A stretch of DNA of 60,380 nucleotides, filler included, from Sanchytrium tribonematis (GCA_018985235.1; 6 parts of 6 records of this genome joined end to end with filler, not necessarily neighbours in it); one strand, 5' to 3'. Positions 21,318 through 31,968 are shown, numbered from the whole stretch's first letter. Notes: generated by a model not told the origin, from the sequence alone. Program-made: numbers and translations.

Positions 21318-22112
21318 TTATTTAAAAAACATAGAGTCTAAATGAATGATAACTAGTTGGTCTAGAATTGATTTGGATATGCCATATTGTGTAGATTTCT
21401 TTTGGGAAAGATCAAATAATAACTTAATATTTAGATCCAATTCAGTTTTGATTGATAGTCTGAAATTTTGCCATTGCTCTTTTAACTTTGTATTTCTATC
21501 TGAAGGGTCCCAATTCTTTATGTTATTTTCGATAGTTCTTTCAAATTCATTCAACATATTATCAAAAGATTCAGATCTAAATTTGTTTTCTCTTAATTTT
21601 TCGATTTTAAGTCGGTATTTTGCAAAATGCTGTAGTAAATAGGGCAATTTAAAGACGTCCCTTGTCGCTTTCTTAATTACAACTGTGCTAGGAACATTTC
21701 CCAAAACACTATATTTGCCTTCAAAGACTGAGGCACATTTTTTCACCCAGTAGCGAATGGAAAAATACCCTTCATCTATATTAGACATATCATCCAATGT
21801 TTCTTTAACGAGCTTTCTATCCAGAGATTTAAATTCATTAATTTGCGTAAATGCATAAATATCCTTTAAATGCATTTCTTTCTCCACAAGCTCGTTCAGA
21901 TCTTTTCTTAAATTATCAATTTGAACAAGATGTGCCAGAGACTTGTATGATTTTATATCGGCGCTTAAACCTTTAATATCCATGTCGTTAGCTAACGTAA
22001 ATAAAGTTTGCAAAAATTTTGGCACTTCTTCAAAAGGAAGTTGCTCGCTATCAAACCACCGGGACCAAAGTCTAGAAAAAATCGAAGCATACGCAAGGTG
22101 GATAAATATCAT
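21318..22112 (-). CDS. Hypothetical, probably secreted helical protein
   Basis: 264-aa ORF starting MIFIHLAYA (very short signal-like peptide); no family recognised. Confidence 0.6.
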   Translation of the reverse strand: MIFIHLAYASIFSRLWSRWFDSEQLPFEEVPKFLQTLFTLANDMDIKGLSADIKSYKSLAHLVQIDNLRKDLNELVEKEMHLKDIYAFTQINEFKSLDRKLVKETLDDMSNIDEGYFSIRYWVKKCASVFEGKYSVLGNVPSTVVIKKATRDVFKLPYLLQHFAKYRLKIEKLRENKFRSESFDNMLNEFERTIENNIKNWDPSDRNTKLKEQWQNFRLSIKTELDLNIKLLFDLSQKKSTQYGISKSILDQLVIIHLDSMFFK

Positions 22113-22219
22113 AATGATTTACAATTTCTCCTCGTATATTTTGATTTGACTGCAAATTGCACAATTGTTTCACTTGTGATTGGAGGATTTGGGGGACAAA
22201 TTTTTTTATTAGTACCGTC

Positions 22220-23341
22220 TTATAAAAAGTTGAGTGACTCAGTTATATGTATTTTCTCTTGTATAAATTTTTGCATTTCGCTTGCATTCAGCCGTACTTG
22301 CTCGTCATCTGGACATATCATGACTACGTTGGCAATCATAAGAGCTATATCTTCAAAAAAAGACATCATAGAGGTATACTTTTCTCGATATATATTTGCT
22401 TTAATTGCTTTCAAGCCGAGCGGCCTCAAGCAGCCATGAGGCCTAGCAGCATAAACTTTATCGACGCCTTTATATAAATAGCCCAGCTTATGATCTTGAA
22501 TTTCAGTGAGAATCATACTCATCAATTTTTTCAAACTTTTCATAGTTGAATCAGTTGGGTCCATTTTTTTTCTTTTGGAGACAGACTCGCCTTGATTTGC
22601 AGTAGCTTTTCGTTTTCTGGCTGGTTTTTTTACTTTTGCAGACTTCCGACGTTTCCTCGTTGGAACTTCGCTTACAGAATCAGCGACACCGCTTTCCACT
22701 TCTGGACTTTCAACCGAATTCACATCCATTGCTGATACCCCAGGCTGTTTTTCAGAAACTTTTTCCTTCGGTTTCTTACTTATATTAGGGAAATCTTCAG
22801 CAATAATTTTCGTTTTAAACTCTAATTTTTGAAAATCATTTTTCTCTCGCTTCGATGGAGAGGATTGATTCTCAGACTTAAGATCATTGTCTTTCACCAG
22901 CTGCGAATTTTTGATTGGGGAAGTCTTTTTGTTGATCACAGGTTTCTTAGGACTTGGAGATCGCTCAGCATTGATCAAAGCTTGTAAACGCTCCTCTTCC
23001 TCTTTTTTCCTTCTTTTATGCGCAATTTCATTATCTAGTTGGATCTCCATAACAGTAGCAGAATGAAGAATATCGAGAAGATCTTTTAAAAATTCTTGTT
23101 GAGGAACGCTATCGGGAAACCGTTTGTACGTTCTATAATCTTTAATCAACAAATGAAAAAGCTCCTTCCACTTATCCTCCTCCATGCATTCGGCTAAATA
23201 CCCGTTATTTTTAACTTTCTCAACTTGCATATTGATTTTTTCAGTAACTTTGTTCCACTGATATTGCTCATTGATGGCGAATCTAACCAGCAGTGTCATC
23301 AAGTATCCATGGACATTAATATCATTAAAAGAAGGAAACAT
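22220..23341 (-). CDS. BRD8-like protein (N-terminal SANT-like helices, basic linker, degenerate C-terminal bromodomain)
   Basis: WNKV motif near the N-terminus; RPLGLKAIKANI..YTSMMSFFEDIALMIANVVM matches bromodomain helices A/B; start codon uncertain. Confidence 0.65.
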   Translation of the reverse strand: MFPSFNDINVHGYLMTLLVRFAINEQYQWNKVTEKINMQVEKVKNNGYLAECMEEDKWKELFHLLIKDYRTYKRFPDSVPQQEFLKDLLDILHSATVMEIQLDNEIAHKRRKKEEEERLQALINAERSPSPKKPVINKKTSPIKNSQLVKDNDLKSENQSSPSKREKNDFQKLEFKTKIIAEDFPNISKKPKEKVSEKQPGVSAMDVNSVESPEVESGVADSVSEVPTRKRRKSAKVKKPARKRKATANQGESVSKRKKMDPTDSTMKSLKKLMSMILTEIQDHKLGYLYKGVDKVYAARPHGCLRPLGLKAIKANIYREKYTSMMSFFEDIALMIANVVMICPDDEQVRLNASEMQKFIQEKIHITESLNFL

Positions 23342-23419
23342 TGTTTGCAGAAGATTGGAAATCATAAAAATGCAAATTTGTTTCAAAATCACCAAAAATA
23401 AAAGATAAATTATATATGT

Positions 23420-24622
23420 TTATTCAACAACCTCAGTAACCACGCCAGTACCTATAGTTTTACCACCTTCCCTTAGTGTAAATCTCACACCAGACGCAAT
23501 TGGTTGTGCTTTATCCAGAGTAATAGAGCCAGTGAAACGGTCCCCAGGCATTACTAAATCTTTATGTGCATCCAAGTTACATGTGACGTCCATTGTTCGC
23601 ATAAATAATTGAGGCTTATACTTTCCTGAAAATGGAGTATGTCGCCCACCTTCGTCCTTTGTCAAAATGTAAATCTCAGCTTTGACAGACTTAGAAAGCT
23701 TGAGGGTGTTAGGAATTGTAACAACCTGTCCTCTTCTGATCTGGTCTCGCTTAATTCCTCTTAAAAGAAGTCCCATACTATCCCCAGCTTGACCTTGATC
23801 CAATGATTTATGGAACATTTCGATACCAGTTACAGTTGTTGTTAATTTTTCACCATAACCTAAAATTTCGACTTCCTGATTTTTGTTAATTACACCTTCT
23901 TCTGCTCTACCCGTTATCACAGTTCCTCTTCCTGGAATAGAATGAACATCTTCGATAGGCATTAAAAAGGGTTTATCTAGTGCCCGTTTGGGGGTAGGAA
24001 TCCATTCATCAACTTTCGCCATTAGCTCCTCCACCTTAGATTTCCCTAATTTTTCATCCTTTCCATTTAAAGCCGCAAGCGCAGATCCAGCCAAAATAGG
24101 AGTATCTTCTTGAAAACCATATTCAGCCAAAACATCTCTCATTTCCATCTCTACCAATTCAATCATGTCATTATCAACTGTGTCAGCCTTATTTAAGAAC
24201 ACAACAATGTGATTGATTCCTACTTGTTTTGCCAAAAGCAAATGTTCTCTGGTTTGAGGCATTTGCCCATCACCAGCGCTAACTACTAAAATTGCCCCAT
24301 CCATAGTTGATGCTCCAGTGATCATATTTTTAATATAATCCTGGTGTCCAGGGCAATCGACATGACCATAATGCTTTTTGTCTGTCTCGTATTCAACATG
24401 TGCAGTACTTATAGTTATTCCTCTTTGTTGCTCCTCTGGGGCTTTATCAATGTCCTTATAATCTTTAAAAATTCCCTTCCCTGATTTCTCAGACAATACT
24501 TTTGTGATTGCAGCAGTCAAAGTTGTTTTACCGTGGTCGACATGGCCTAAAGTTCCGATGTTTACATGTGGCTTACTGCGAACAAAGGTGTTCCAAAGAG
24601 GTTTCGTTAAACGAAAAAGCAT
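23420..24622 (-). CDS. TUF1: Mitochondrial elongation factor Tu
   Basis: [34 protein letters not shown]; short presequence. Confidence 0.98.
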   Translation of the reverse strand: MLFRLTKPLWNTFVRSKPHVNIGTLGHVDHGKTTLTAAITKVLSEKSGKGIFKDYKDIDKAPEEQQRGITISTAHVEYETDKKHYGHVDCPGHQDYIKNMITGASTMDGAILVVSAGDGQMPQTREHLLLAKQVGINHIVVFLNKADTVDNDMIELVEMEMRDVLAEYGFQEDTPILAGSALAALNGKDEKLGKSKVEELMAKVDEWIPTPKRALDKPFLMPIEDVHSIPGRGTVITGRAEEGVINKNQEVEILGYGEKLTTTVTGIEMFHKSLDQGQAGDSMGLLLRGIKRDQIRRGQVVTIPNTLKLSKSVKAEIYILTKDEGGRHTPFSGKYKPQLFMRTMDVTCNLDAHKDLVMPGDRFTGSITLDKAQPIASGVRFTLREGGKTIGTGVVTEVVE

Positions 24623-24656
24623 TGTGTCACCCGATTCTCCAAATTTTCGAAATTTA

Positions 24657-24917
24657 TCAAGCTTTTATTAATATATCAGATTCATCCGCCACTACGTCAA
24701 GTATAGGAATATCCCCCTTCAACGGTTCAATATCCTGAACATCTCTAAATTCGAATTTCATTTGCTTTGTTTTTTTCGCCTGGCGACTCATTCTTTTGGC
24801 ATGACGCTGTGATTTTTCTTTCCCTATTTCTTTTTTGCTCTTCCTTCTCTTTTTCCCTTTTTGTAAATGAGCCTGAAGACTCTTTTTATCAAACACTACT
24901 TCCTTGCTTTTGATCAT
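24657..24917 (-). CDS. Short Rrp17/Nop25-like nucleolar protein, 86 aa
   Basis: [13 protein letters not shown] followed by a K/R-rich helix resembles the Nop25/Rrp17 N-terminus. Confidence 0.55.
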   Translation of the reverse strand: MIKSKEVVFDKKSLQAHLQKGKKRRKSKKEIGKEKSQRHAKRMSRQAKKTKQMKFEFRDVQDIEPLKGDIPILDVVADESDILIKA

Positions 24918-24969
24918 TGTATCGAGGAGGAATAATAAGTTATATTTTTATCATTTTAGAAACAATTTG

Positions 24970-27900
24970 ATGAAAACAAATTACCAAGAAGTGCAAGAAG
25001 CAGAAATGGAGTCTCTTCAGAGTATTTTTGGAGATGACTTTCAGAGAATATCCGTAAAAACAGTTTGGAATGTAGAAAATAGAAATAGTTGTTCAATCAA
25101 AGTTAGACCTTCACAGCAAGAACTTAAAGAACATGTTTCAATATTGTTAATAGTATCCATGACGCCTAGATATCCGGATGCTGAGCCTATTATTTCCCTC
25201 AATGAAGCAGAATGTGCGACTGATGTTAATGATCTCTTAGAAATGCTTCTGAAGCTAGCCAAAGAGAGAGTCGGAATGGAGATGATATACGATCTTTATG
25301 AGGTGACTAGTGAATTTTTGAATACTCATTTTAATTCAGCTACAATGATTGCTAAAGGTTACCAAGACACAAGTTTATTGGACAATCTGAGCCAACGTCA
25401 AGATGTTGAGAGAATAGAACGTCAGAAGCAAATTGAAATGCAGCGCCGACAAAGGCAAGAAAGCTTTGACCAGAGTATAAGAAAAGAACTGGAATTTAAA
25501 AGCACTTTAGTTAAAACTAGAAGTTTTAATTCAGTACAATTTAAACTTCAATATGACGGTACAGAGACAGAAAGTTATTTCTGGAGTCAAAAAGTGGTCA
25601 CTAGCATGGAAGAAGTCTTAGAAGCTCCATTTATTGTTTACATATATCCATGGAAACAATACCTATATCATGCAAGGGATGATAATAACTTGTATATTTT
25701 AATTAAATTCGAGGAATTGATCAATGCCAATATTACTGACAATAATTTTGAAATTCCTGTTGAAGTCAATCGGCTGAAAAAAACATTAGACGACCTTTTG
25801 CGACAAAAGACAGAAATCTTACCATTTGTAAATTATCAAATCACTCTTTACCCAAAAGACGATTTTTTAAAATTGTCTATTAAAATACTACTGAAAAGAA
25901 AGAAGTCGGCTAACTACGCTTCTCTTTCGGATCTACTCTTGACGGTGCACAAGTTTAGTTACGAAGATTTGAAACTCATTTTTTATGATCTCGTCGATCA
26001 ATTTAGAACCATTCATTCAAACGGCTTTTATTACAAAAATCAGGATCCTGAATATATCATTTTTGAGGATGATGTCCCATGCCTTTTATTTCCTTATTAT
26101 TTAAGAGATATTTTTAAGCTTTCTAATTATCCTGTGGAGCATCTTTTCGAATCTGAGACTTGTCCGCCGGAACTTACGAGTAACCCTCAAGCTCAACCAA
26201 CAACTGTTTCAGATACTTGGTCATTCGCGATCTTGCTATGTACATTCTTGCTTGGTGATATATCGAATTTTAAATTTCGTAAATTAAGATTGAGATTAGA
26301 GAGCAAACATTTTCCAGCGCCGTCACATTTTCAAGAACTGATTTTAAGATGTCTTGGTAACGACCCGAGGGATCGACCAACATTTTCTGAACTCCAGAGG
26401 TTGGAATGGCGGGGCAGAGAGCTAATTCTCAACGATATATACAAAACAATATCAAATGATAGGATTGATACAGAGCCATCAGGGCTTTCTCCAAACGCCC
26501 CTTCCACGTTTATTTCACCTACAAGTCGATATTTAAAAGATTTCGAGGAATTATCAGTAGTTGGAAAGGGAGGTTTTGGCGTAGTGGTAAAGGCGCAAAA
26601 TAAGCTCGATGGTAGAATCTATGCAATTAAAAAAATCAAATTGTTTAAAAACAATTCATCTTACAAGCAAATTACTAGAGAAATTCGCAGTCTTTCTCAA
26701 ATTGATTCGAATCGATGTGTACGATATTACCATTCTTGGCTAGAACCTTACGAGAGTTCGCCAAATAGCAAACATGACTCTGACTCCAGTGAGACAGAAG
26801 ATCTCAATGTAGCTCGAAAAAGTCTGAGTATTGAGATAGAATTTGACTATGCTGAAAATCAAGATGCCTGGATATCACCTCAAGCTAGCATGCTTAAAAG
26901 GTCTCCTGAATCTAGCATTTTGTCAGTGAGCGACAGCTCAAATTTTGAGGACAATAAGAAGGAAATTTTATTTATCCAAATGGAATTTTGTGATAATTTA
27001 AGTCTCCGAGATGCGATTGACAAAAACATGAATCCAGATGATTCTTGGAGAATTTTACAGCAAATCACAGAGGCACTTAACCACATCCACAGTCTTGGTA
27101 TTATTCATCGAGATTTGAATCCAAGGAATATATTTATCGATAAAAATGGAAATTGCAAATTGGGCGACTTCGGTTTATCAACTTTTGTTACAGCTCAAGT
27201 TCAACAAAATATTAAGAGTAATAATAGTGGAGAATATTTAAAATCTCACTCAAAATCTAAATCGATGTCACATGGTGTTGGAACTCGATTATATATTGCC
27301 CCTGAGACGATGACGAAGTCTAAAAAATCTAATTACACAGCAAAAGTGGATATGTATTCTCTTGGAATTATATTATTTGAATTGATTCATCCTTTTAGCA
27401 CAATGATGGAAAGAGTCTTTGCCTTAGAGGCTCTGCGCTCGACTCAGATACAATTTCCGTCTGACTTTGATTCTACAAAATACAAGACACAAACTAGCTT
27501 AATTAAAACTCTTTTAAGCCATGATCCTAATACTAGGCCTAGTAGTTCAGATCTACTTAATTCGGGACTGTTCCCGAATTCAATAGAAGCCATTAACGTA
27601 AGGAAGGCATCTGAAATAGTACTAAATGGTGGACCCACAGGTATAAGACAAGTCGTAAGCGAGCTTCTCAAGCGAAAAGTGAAGGATTTCAAGGATTACA
27701 CCTATGATATTGATGCAAATACAACCGAGATTTTTGATCAGCTCCCAATTTTAAATCAAATTCAGCAATATTTGAGAAAAGTCTTTCAAAATAGGGGCGC
27801 TATTGAATATCGACCTCCCATTCTTATGCCATACAGCAATTTACTTTTAGATATGAATATTGATAAATCAGGAGCTTTCTTAGTTGATTCTGCTGGTATG

Positions 27901-29262
27901 CCTGTCGTATTGACTTATGATTTGAGCTTTTCACTTTCTAGAATTATTGCCAAAACAGAAATGCAAAATCGCAAACTATATATGATAACCGATGTTTTTC
28001 GAAATTCTGCTGCATTAACGCAGCCCCGTCAGATTCCACAGGCTGTCTACGCTATGATAGGCGAGAAGGAAGATCCTGACTTTGCAATTTTATCCGTCTT
28101 AGAGTCGCTATCAATCATTTTTGACATAATGATTAATTTGAAAATTGGACAAAAATGGTATGTTTGTATCAATCATATTTCAATTTTAGACGCAATTCTA
28201 CAATTTATCACTGGAAATGATGATGAAAAAATTACATCTTTGAAAAGTGTGTTGCATTTATTGCCATCCAATAGATTTAATATTAAAGATCTTCCTAATT
28301 TAACAAATGATCAAATAATCGTAAATATGTTGGAAAAGTACAACTTAAAACTCGACTCTGTGAAAAATATTTCGCTTCCTTTCTTCAAGCTGACGCGGCA
28401 CATACTTATGTTATCTGATTTGATAGAAATGTGTTTTGGAAACGAGAATATTGTCTGGAATCCGATTTTAGCTCCAACAACAGGGTTTTCAGACGATCTT
28501 TTCTTTCAAGTTTACATCGAGAAAGATGATAATAAGACTCTTATTGCCAGTATAGGTGAAAGTTGCACTGATATAATTTCCAAATTTGGCGGAACCAAAA
28601 CTTTTAACCAGTCTTGCTTTGTTTTAAAATTCAGCCTTCCCATTTTTGGAAAATTTGCTACCAATTTCTTAAATGTTAATCTGGATGTAATTATTACTTC
28701 TTTTTCTAATCAAGATTCTTTCAAAGAAAGATTTTTGATAGCAAAGCTCTTAAGAGATAACAAAATTACATGTGAACTGTGGATGGGTGACTCTCTTGCA
28801 TTTGACCAAAATTCCAAATATTGCAATGATCGAAATTGTAGATACATTTTGTATGTAAAAACGAAATTAGGACAACCAATATTAAAATTGAAGGATATTG
28901 TGACAAAGTCTGAACGAGAAATTACTCAAGAGAGCATAATTTCCGAATTAAAAGCATTACTAGGTAAAAATACGGATTCTGTTCAATTTTCAAACGCGGT
29001 TCACTTTGAAAAGAAGAAATCTAAAAAGCCTGTTCATCTTTATCACGAAAAAGTTTTGGAAAGCTGTCAGAGACTCCAATCCCTGCCAATTTTTGTAGTT
29101 GACGTAACTTACAAAGAAATACTGTCAGCTTTCATTTTAAATGAAATTCCAAATGATGATATAAAATTTTCAGTCAAACAAGTTCAGCTGGCTTTCAAGT
29201 CTCTAGGACAATTAATCATCCATACAATAGATAACCAAATCTTATTTTACCCAATAAACTAA
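24970..29262 (+). CDS. GCN2: eIF2-alpha kinase Gcn2, 1430 aa (RWD, pseudokinase, kinase, HisRS-like)
   Basis: QEAEMESLQSIF..YPD RWD; SRYLKDFEEL..GKGGFGVVVKAQNKLDGRIYAIKKI; LFIQMEFC; KLGDFGLS; HisRS-like C-terminal region. Confidence 0.95.
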   Translation: MKTNYQEVQEAEMESLQSIFGDDFQRISVKTVWNVENRNSCSIKVRPSQQELKEHVSILLIVSMTPRYPDAEPIISLNEAECATDVNDLLEMLLKLAKERVGMEMIYDLYEVTSEFLNTHFNSATMIAKGYQDTSLLDNLSQRQDVERIERQKQIEMQRRQRQESFDQSIRKELEFKSTLVKTRSFNSVQFKLQYDGTETESYFWSQKVVTSMEEVLEAPFIVYIYPWKQYLYHARDDNNLYILIKFEELINANITDNNFEIPVEVNRLKKTLDDLLRQKTEILPFVNYQITLYPKDDFLKLSIKILLKRKKSANYASLSDLLLTVHKFSYEDLKLIFYDLVDQFRTIHSNGFYYKNQDPEYIIFEDDVPCLLFPYYLRDIFKLSNYPVEHLFESETCPPELTSNPQAQPTTVSDTWSFAILLCTFLLGDISNFKFRKLRLRLESKHFPAPSHFQELILRCLGNDPRDRPTFSELQRLEWRGRELILNDIYKTISNDRIDTEPSGLSPNAPSTFISPTSRYLKDFEELSVVGKGGFGVVVKAQNKLDGRIYAIKKIKLFKNNSSYKQITREIRSLSQIDSNRCVRYYHSWLEPYESSPNSKHDSDSSETEDLNVARKSLSIEIEFDYAENQDAWISPQASMLKRSPESSILSVSDSSNFEDNKKEILFIQMEFCDNLSLRDAIDKNMNPDDSWRILQQITEALNHIHSLGIIHRDLNPRNIFIDKNGNCKLGDFGLSTFVTAQVQQNIKSNNSGEYLKSHSKSKSMSHGVGTRLYIAPETMTKSKKSNYTAKVDMYSLGIILFELIHPFSTMMERVFALEALRSTQIQFPSDFDSTKYKTQTSLIKTLLSHDPNTRPSSSDLLNSGLFPNSIEAINVRKASEIVLNGGPTGIRQVVSELLKRKVKDFKDYTYDIDANTTEIFDQLPILNQIQQYLRKVFQNRGAIEYRPPILMPYSNLLLDMNIDKSGAFLVDSAGMPVVLTYDLSFSLSRIIAKTEMQNRKLYMITDVFRNSAALTQPRQIPQAVYAMIGEKEDPDFAILSVLESLSIIFDIMINLKIGQKWYVCINHISILDAILQFITGNDDEKITSLKSVLHLLPSNRFNIKDLPNLTNDQIIVNMLEKYNLKLDSVKNISLPFFKLTRHILMLSDLIEMCFGNENIVWNPILAPTTGFSDDLFFQVYIEKDDNKTLIASIGESCTDIISKFGGTKTFNQSCFVLKFSLPIFGKFATNFLNVNLDVIITSFSNQDSFKERFLIAKLLRDNKITCELWMGDSLAFDQNSKYCNDRNCRYILYVKTKLGQPILKLKDIVTKSEREITQESIISELKALLGKNTDSVQFSNAVHFEKKKSKKPVHLYHEKVLESCQRLQSLPIFVVDVTYKEILSAFILNEIPNDDIKFSVKQVQLAFKSLGQLIIHTIDNQILFYPIN

Positions 29263-29329
29263 ATTTTTGCACAAATCACTATTGACATTAAAATAAGTGA
29301 AGAATCGGCTTTTTATTGAAAATAAAGTA

Positions 29330-30190
29330 TTAACTAACTAAAAAAGTCTTGTAAGCAAAATTATCAGTTTCTTCAACATACCATAATCCTGTTGCATTGA
29401 GTCTTTTAATTAATTCTTGCTTCTCCGAATTTGGTACTTGTAGCCCTAAAAATACACGAACAACATCACCTCCAATACTTCTCAAATGGCACAATGTCAT
29501 ATTCCATTTTCCAAATGATTTGTAAAGATACTGCAAGTATTTAGTACGCTCTCTAAATTCGAATCGAAACACGACTTCATTTTCAACTTTACTTCTACCA
29601 CCAACTAAAAATCTAAGATGAGATTTCATAAGCTCATTTTCACTGAGGTCAGTAGCCTCCATGTTGTTCCATTTCAGTTGATCAATTACGTCTAAGGTAT
29701 CCTTTTTAGATTCTATAACGAATGAGGCAAATACATGGGCCTCATTCAAAGTGTTGAATCTATATGTCAATTCCACAAATGGACGATTTATAATATTAAT
29801 CATCTTTAAAAATGTGCCTGGAGTTTCTCTAATGATTATGTGTAAAAGAGATTCTCTTTCTTCACCAATGTCGCTTCTTTCGGTAACAAATCGAAGCCTC
29901 CCAAAGTCCATATTGGCGCCACTGCAAATAGCAATAAGTTTCTTTTTTGATGATTTCGTTTCAGCAACCCATCTTTTTAAACCAGCCAAAGACAACGCAC
30001 CTGATGGTTCTAAAATAGAGCGGGTGTCGCCAAATGTGTCTTTTATGGCTGCACAGATTTCGTCATTAGTTACAACAACCATTTCATCTACTAAATTTTT
30101 GCAAATTCTATATGTCTCTTCTCCTGCTCGTCCAACTGCCGTTCCGTCTGCAAATAAATTTGGTTCAGTTATGGTCACTAATTGATGACT
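29330..30190 (-). CDS. ILV1: Threonine dehydratase, C-terminal part with regulatory ACT domains; 5'-truncated
   Basis: LFADGTAV, DEICAAIKDTF.DTRSILEPSGAL, SGANMDFGRLRFV.ER, KSHLRFLVGGR. Confidence 0.95.
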   Translation of the reverse strand, partial: SHQLVTITEPNLFADGTAVGRAGEETYRICKNLVDEMVVVTNDEICAAIKDTFGDTRSILEPSGALSLAGLKRWVAETKSSKKKLIAICSGANMDFGRLRFVTERSDIGEERESLLHIIIRETPGTFLKMINIINRPFVELTYRFNTLNEAHVFASFVIESKKDTLDVIDQLKWNNMEATDLSENELMKSHLRFLVGGRSKVENEVVFRFEFRERTKYLQYLYKSFGKWNMTLCHLRSIGGDVVRVFLGLQVPNSEKQELIKRLNATGLWYVEETDNFAYKTFLVS

Positions 30191-30290
30191 NNNNNNNNNN
30201 NNNNNNNNNNNNNNNNNNNNNNNNNNNNNNNNNNTTAATTAATTAANNNNNNNNNNNNNNNNNNNNNNNNNNNNNNNNNNNNNNNNNNNN
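30191..30290. other. Artificial contig linker
   Basis: N44-TTAATTAATTAA-N44. Confidence 0.99.
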
Positions 30291-30674
30291 ATGCTGTACT
30301 ATCTTTTCAAAATTGGATTTCAAATTTATTGTTATGGAAAGCTGCCAAGCTTGCCTTTGGAAAAAGACAGATTGTATTTCATTGACGGGAATATTCGCAA
30401 AGGAAAATTCTTGGGGTTGAAATATGCTTCTAATGTATTGAGGGTGGTAAATAAGTTTGATGTAAATTTTTTCAAGCAGCCTAAGAGAGAGTATAATAGA
30501 ATAGTTGAATATAAGATGAAAGATGACGAGTTTCCTTTTATACTTAATTTATTGAAAGATCAAGGTTACCTTTTTTATTGTTCCTTTTCAATCAATGGAA
30601 GTGAAATTGACTCAGATTATTGGATATTTTTAAATTGCGACTCGTCCCAAGTTAACCTATTGTCAAAGTGTTGA
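30291..30674 (+). CDS. Hypothetical protein, probably 5'-truncated
   Basis: 127-codon open frame from the contig edge; no family recognised. Confidence 0.4.
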   Translation: MLYYLFKIGFQIYCYGKLPSLPLEKDRLYFIDGNIRKGKFLGLKYASNVLRVVNKFDVNFFKQPKREYNRIVEYKMKDDEFPFILNLLKDQGYLFYCSFSINGSEIDSDYWIFLNCDSSQVNLLSKC

Positions 30675-30824
30675 TATCATGCTATATATGCTATAAACTT
30701 CAAGTTTACGTCCATTATGCTTTGGTTAGCCAAAATTCGAAACACATGACTGAATGACATTCGACGCACGGATCATGCAAAAACCGAAAAGGGGATATTT
30801 AAGCGAGCTCCCCCCTCTGAATAA

Positions 30825-31328
30825 ATGTTGCCAATATTAGCTCTCTTTTATGGATTAAAAATCACTATTATTCAACCGTATGCAGGAACAGAATATAAGA
30901 CAGGAGACAATATTCAAGTATCTTGGTCAGTTGATGGCGAAGTCCCGGAATCGGTATCATTCGTTCTCTTAGATGGTCGAAGTAACATGAACAATGCCGA
31001 TAATTTGGGCGAAGTTACAACAGTTTCGCCTCAGGTTCAGGGTTTTACATTTAAGGCTAGCGAATCCTTATCAACTGGAAGCAAATATTTCTTGAGAGTG
31101 GGAAACGACGGAGAGTATCGGTATTCCTCTGCATTTAAGATTCAAGCTTCTAAGGACTCTAAGAATAATACAAAGGATGCTACAGATAATTCAAAAGATT
31201 CTAGCAATTCTACTAAAACTGATTCGACAGATTCTCCTGCACCTGCTGCTGCCGCTGAAGGGAGTGGCTCAAATGTTCATTCCATTATTTTGTCTTTGTT
31301 CATCCTGTTAATTATGTTCATCTTATAG
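30825..31328 (+). CDS. Kre9/Knh1-like N-terminal Ig-fold, Ser/Thr-rich GPI-anchored cell-surface protein (paralog 1)
   Basis: Signal-like N-terminus, I..P..G.....G..I.VSW, YFLRVG..YRYSSAFKI, low-complexity stalk, hydrophobic C-terminal GPI signal. Confidence 0.8.
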   Translation: MLPILALFYGLKITIIQPYAGTEYKTGDNIQVSWSVDGEVPESVSFVLLDGRSNMNNADNLGEVTTVSPQVQGFTFKASESLSTGSKYFLRVGNDGEYRYSSAFKIQASKDSKNNTKDATDNSKDSSNSTKTDSTDSPAPAAAAEGSGSNVHSIILSLFILLIMFIL

Positions 31329-31455
31329 ATTATGAAACAATAAATCTAGATACTATAATTGAAAATCGGAAAAAATCTGTATTCTGATTGGTCTCGGCTA
31401 ATTCGACAGGATTTAATTTGTTAAAATATAAGCTGAGGTGGTATAATTTATTGTT

Positions 31456-31968
31456 ATGATTTTGTATACTCTTCTGTTTTCATTAGGGATTGCTATTACA
31501 TCTTTTACGTCTACTTTGTCAGCAGGAAGTGAAGTAATTATTTCTTGGTCGATTGATGGAGCAAACCCGGAAACGATTGACTTCGCTCTTTTAGACGGTA
31601 CAACTTCTTTTGATAATGCAGCTCTAGTAGGTAATATATTACAAGGGGCTTATCCCTCTGCCCTATCTTTCAAATGGAAAGTTCCAAATGTCCCATCTGG
31701 TGATAAATATTTTATAAGGGTCGGTATTAATGGTGATTATCGATACTCCAGTAATTTCTCTATTGCAGGATCCTCAAAATCTGTTTCCGCCGCTAATTCC
31801 ACGCCAACAAGCACTCCAAGTCCAACTCCAACCCCAAAGTCTTCCCTGCCCACTGAAAGTCCAAATGAGAAAGAAAATAGAAACAAAGACCCAAATAGAA
31901 GGTTTGTAAGCTCTGTAAGTACATTGCCAACTTATTTGAGCACTATGCTTGCATTGTATTTATTCTAA
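31456..31968 (+). CDS. Kre9/Knh1-like GPI-anchored protein (tandem paralog 2)
   Basis: Shares SWSIDG..PE...F.LLDG, YFIRVG..GDYRYSS.F.I with paralog 1; S/T/P stalk; hydrophobic tail. Confidence 0.8.
   Translation: MILYTLLFSLGIAITSFTSTLSAGSEVIISWSIDGANPETIDFALLDGTTSFDNAALVGNILQGAYPSALSFKWKVPNVPSGDKYFIRVGINGDYRYSSNFSIAGSSKSVSAANSTPTSTPSPTPTPKSSLPTESPNEKENRNKDPNRRFVSSVSTLPTYLSTMLALYLF

Noticed and set aside
30764..30774. ACGCACGGATC matching the Harbinger subterminal motif upstream of the GPI gene pair
   Set aside because: Single 11-nt match with no flanking similarity; compatible with chance
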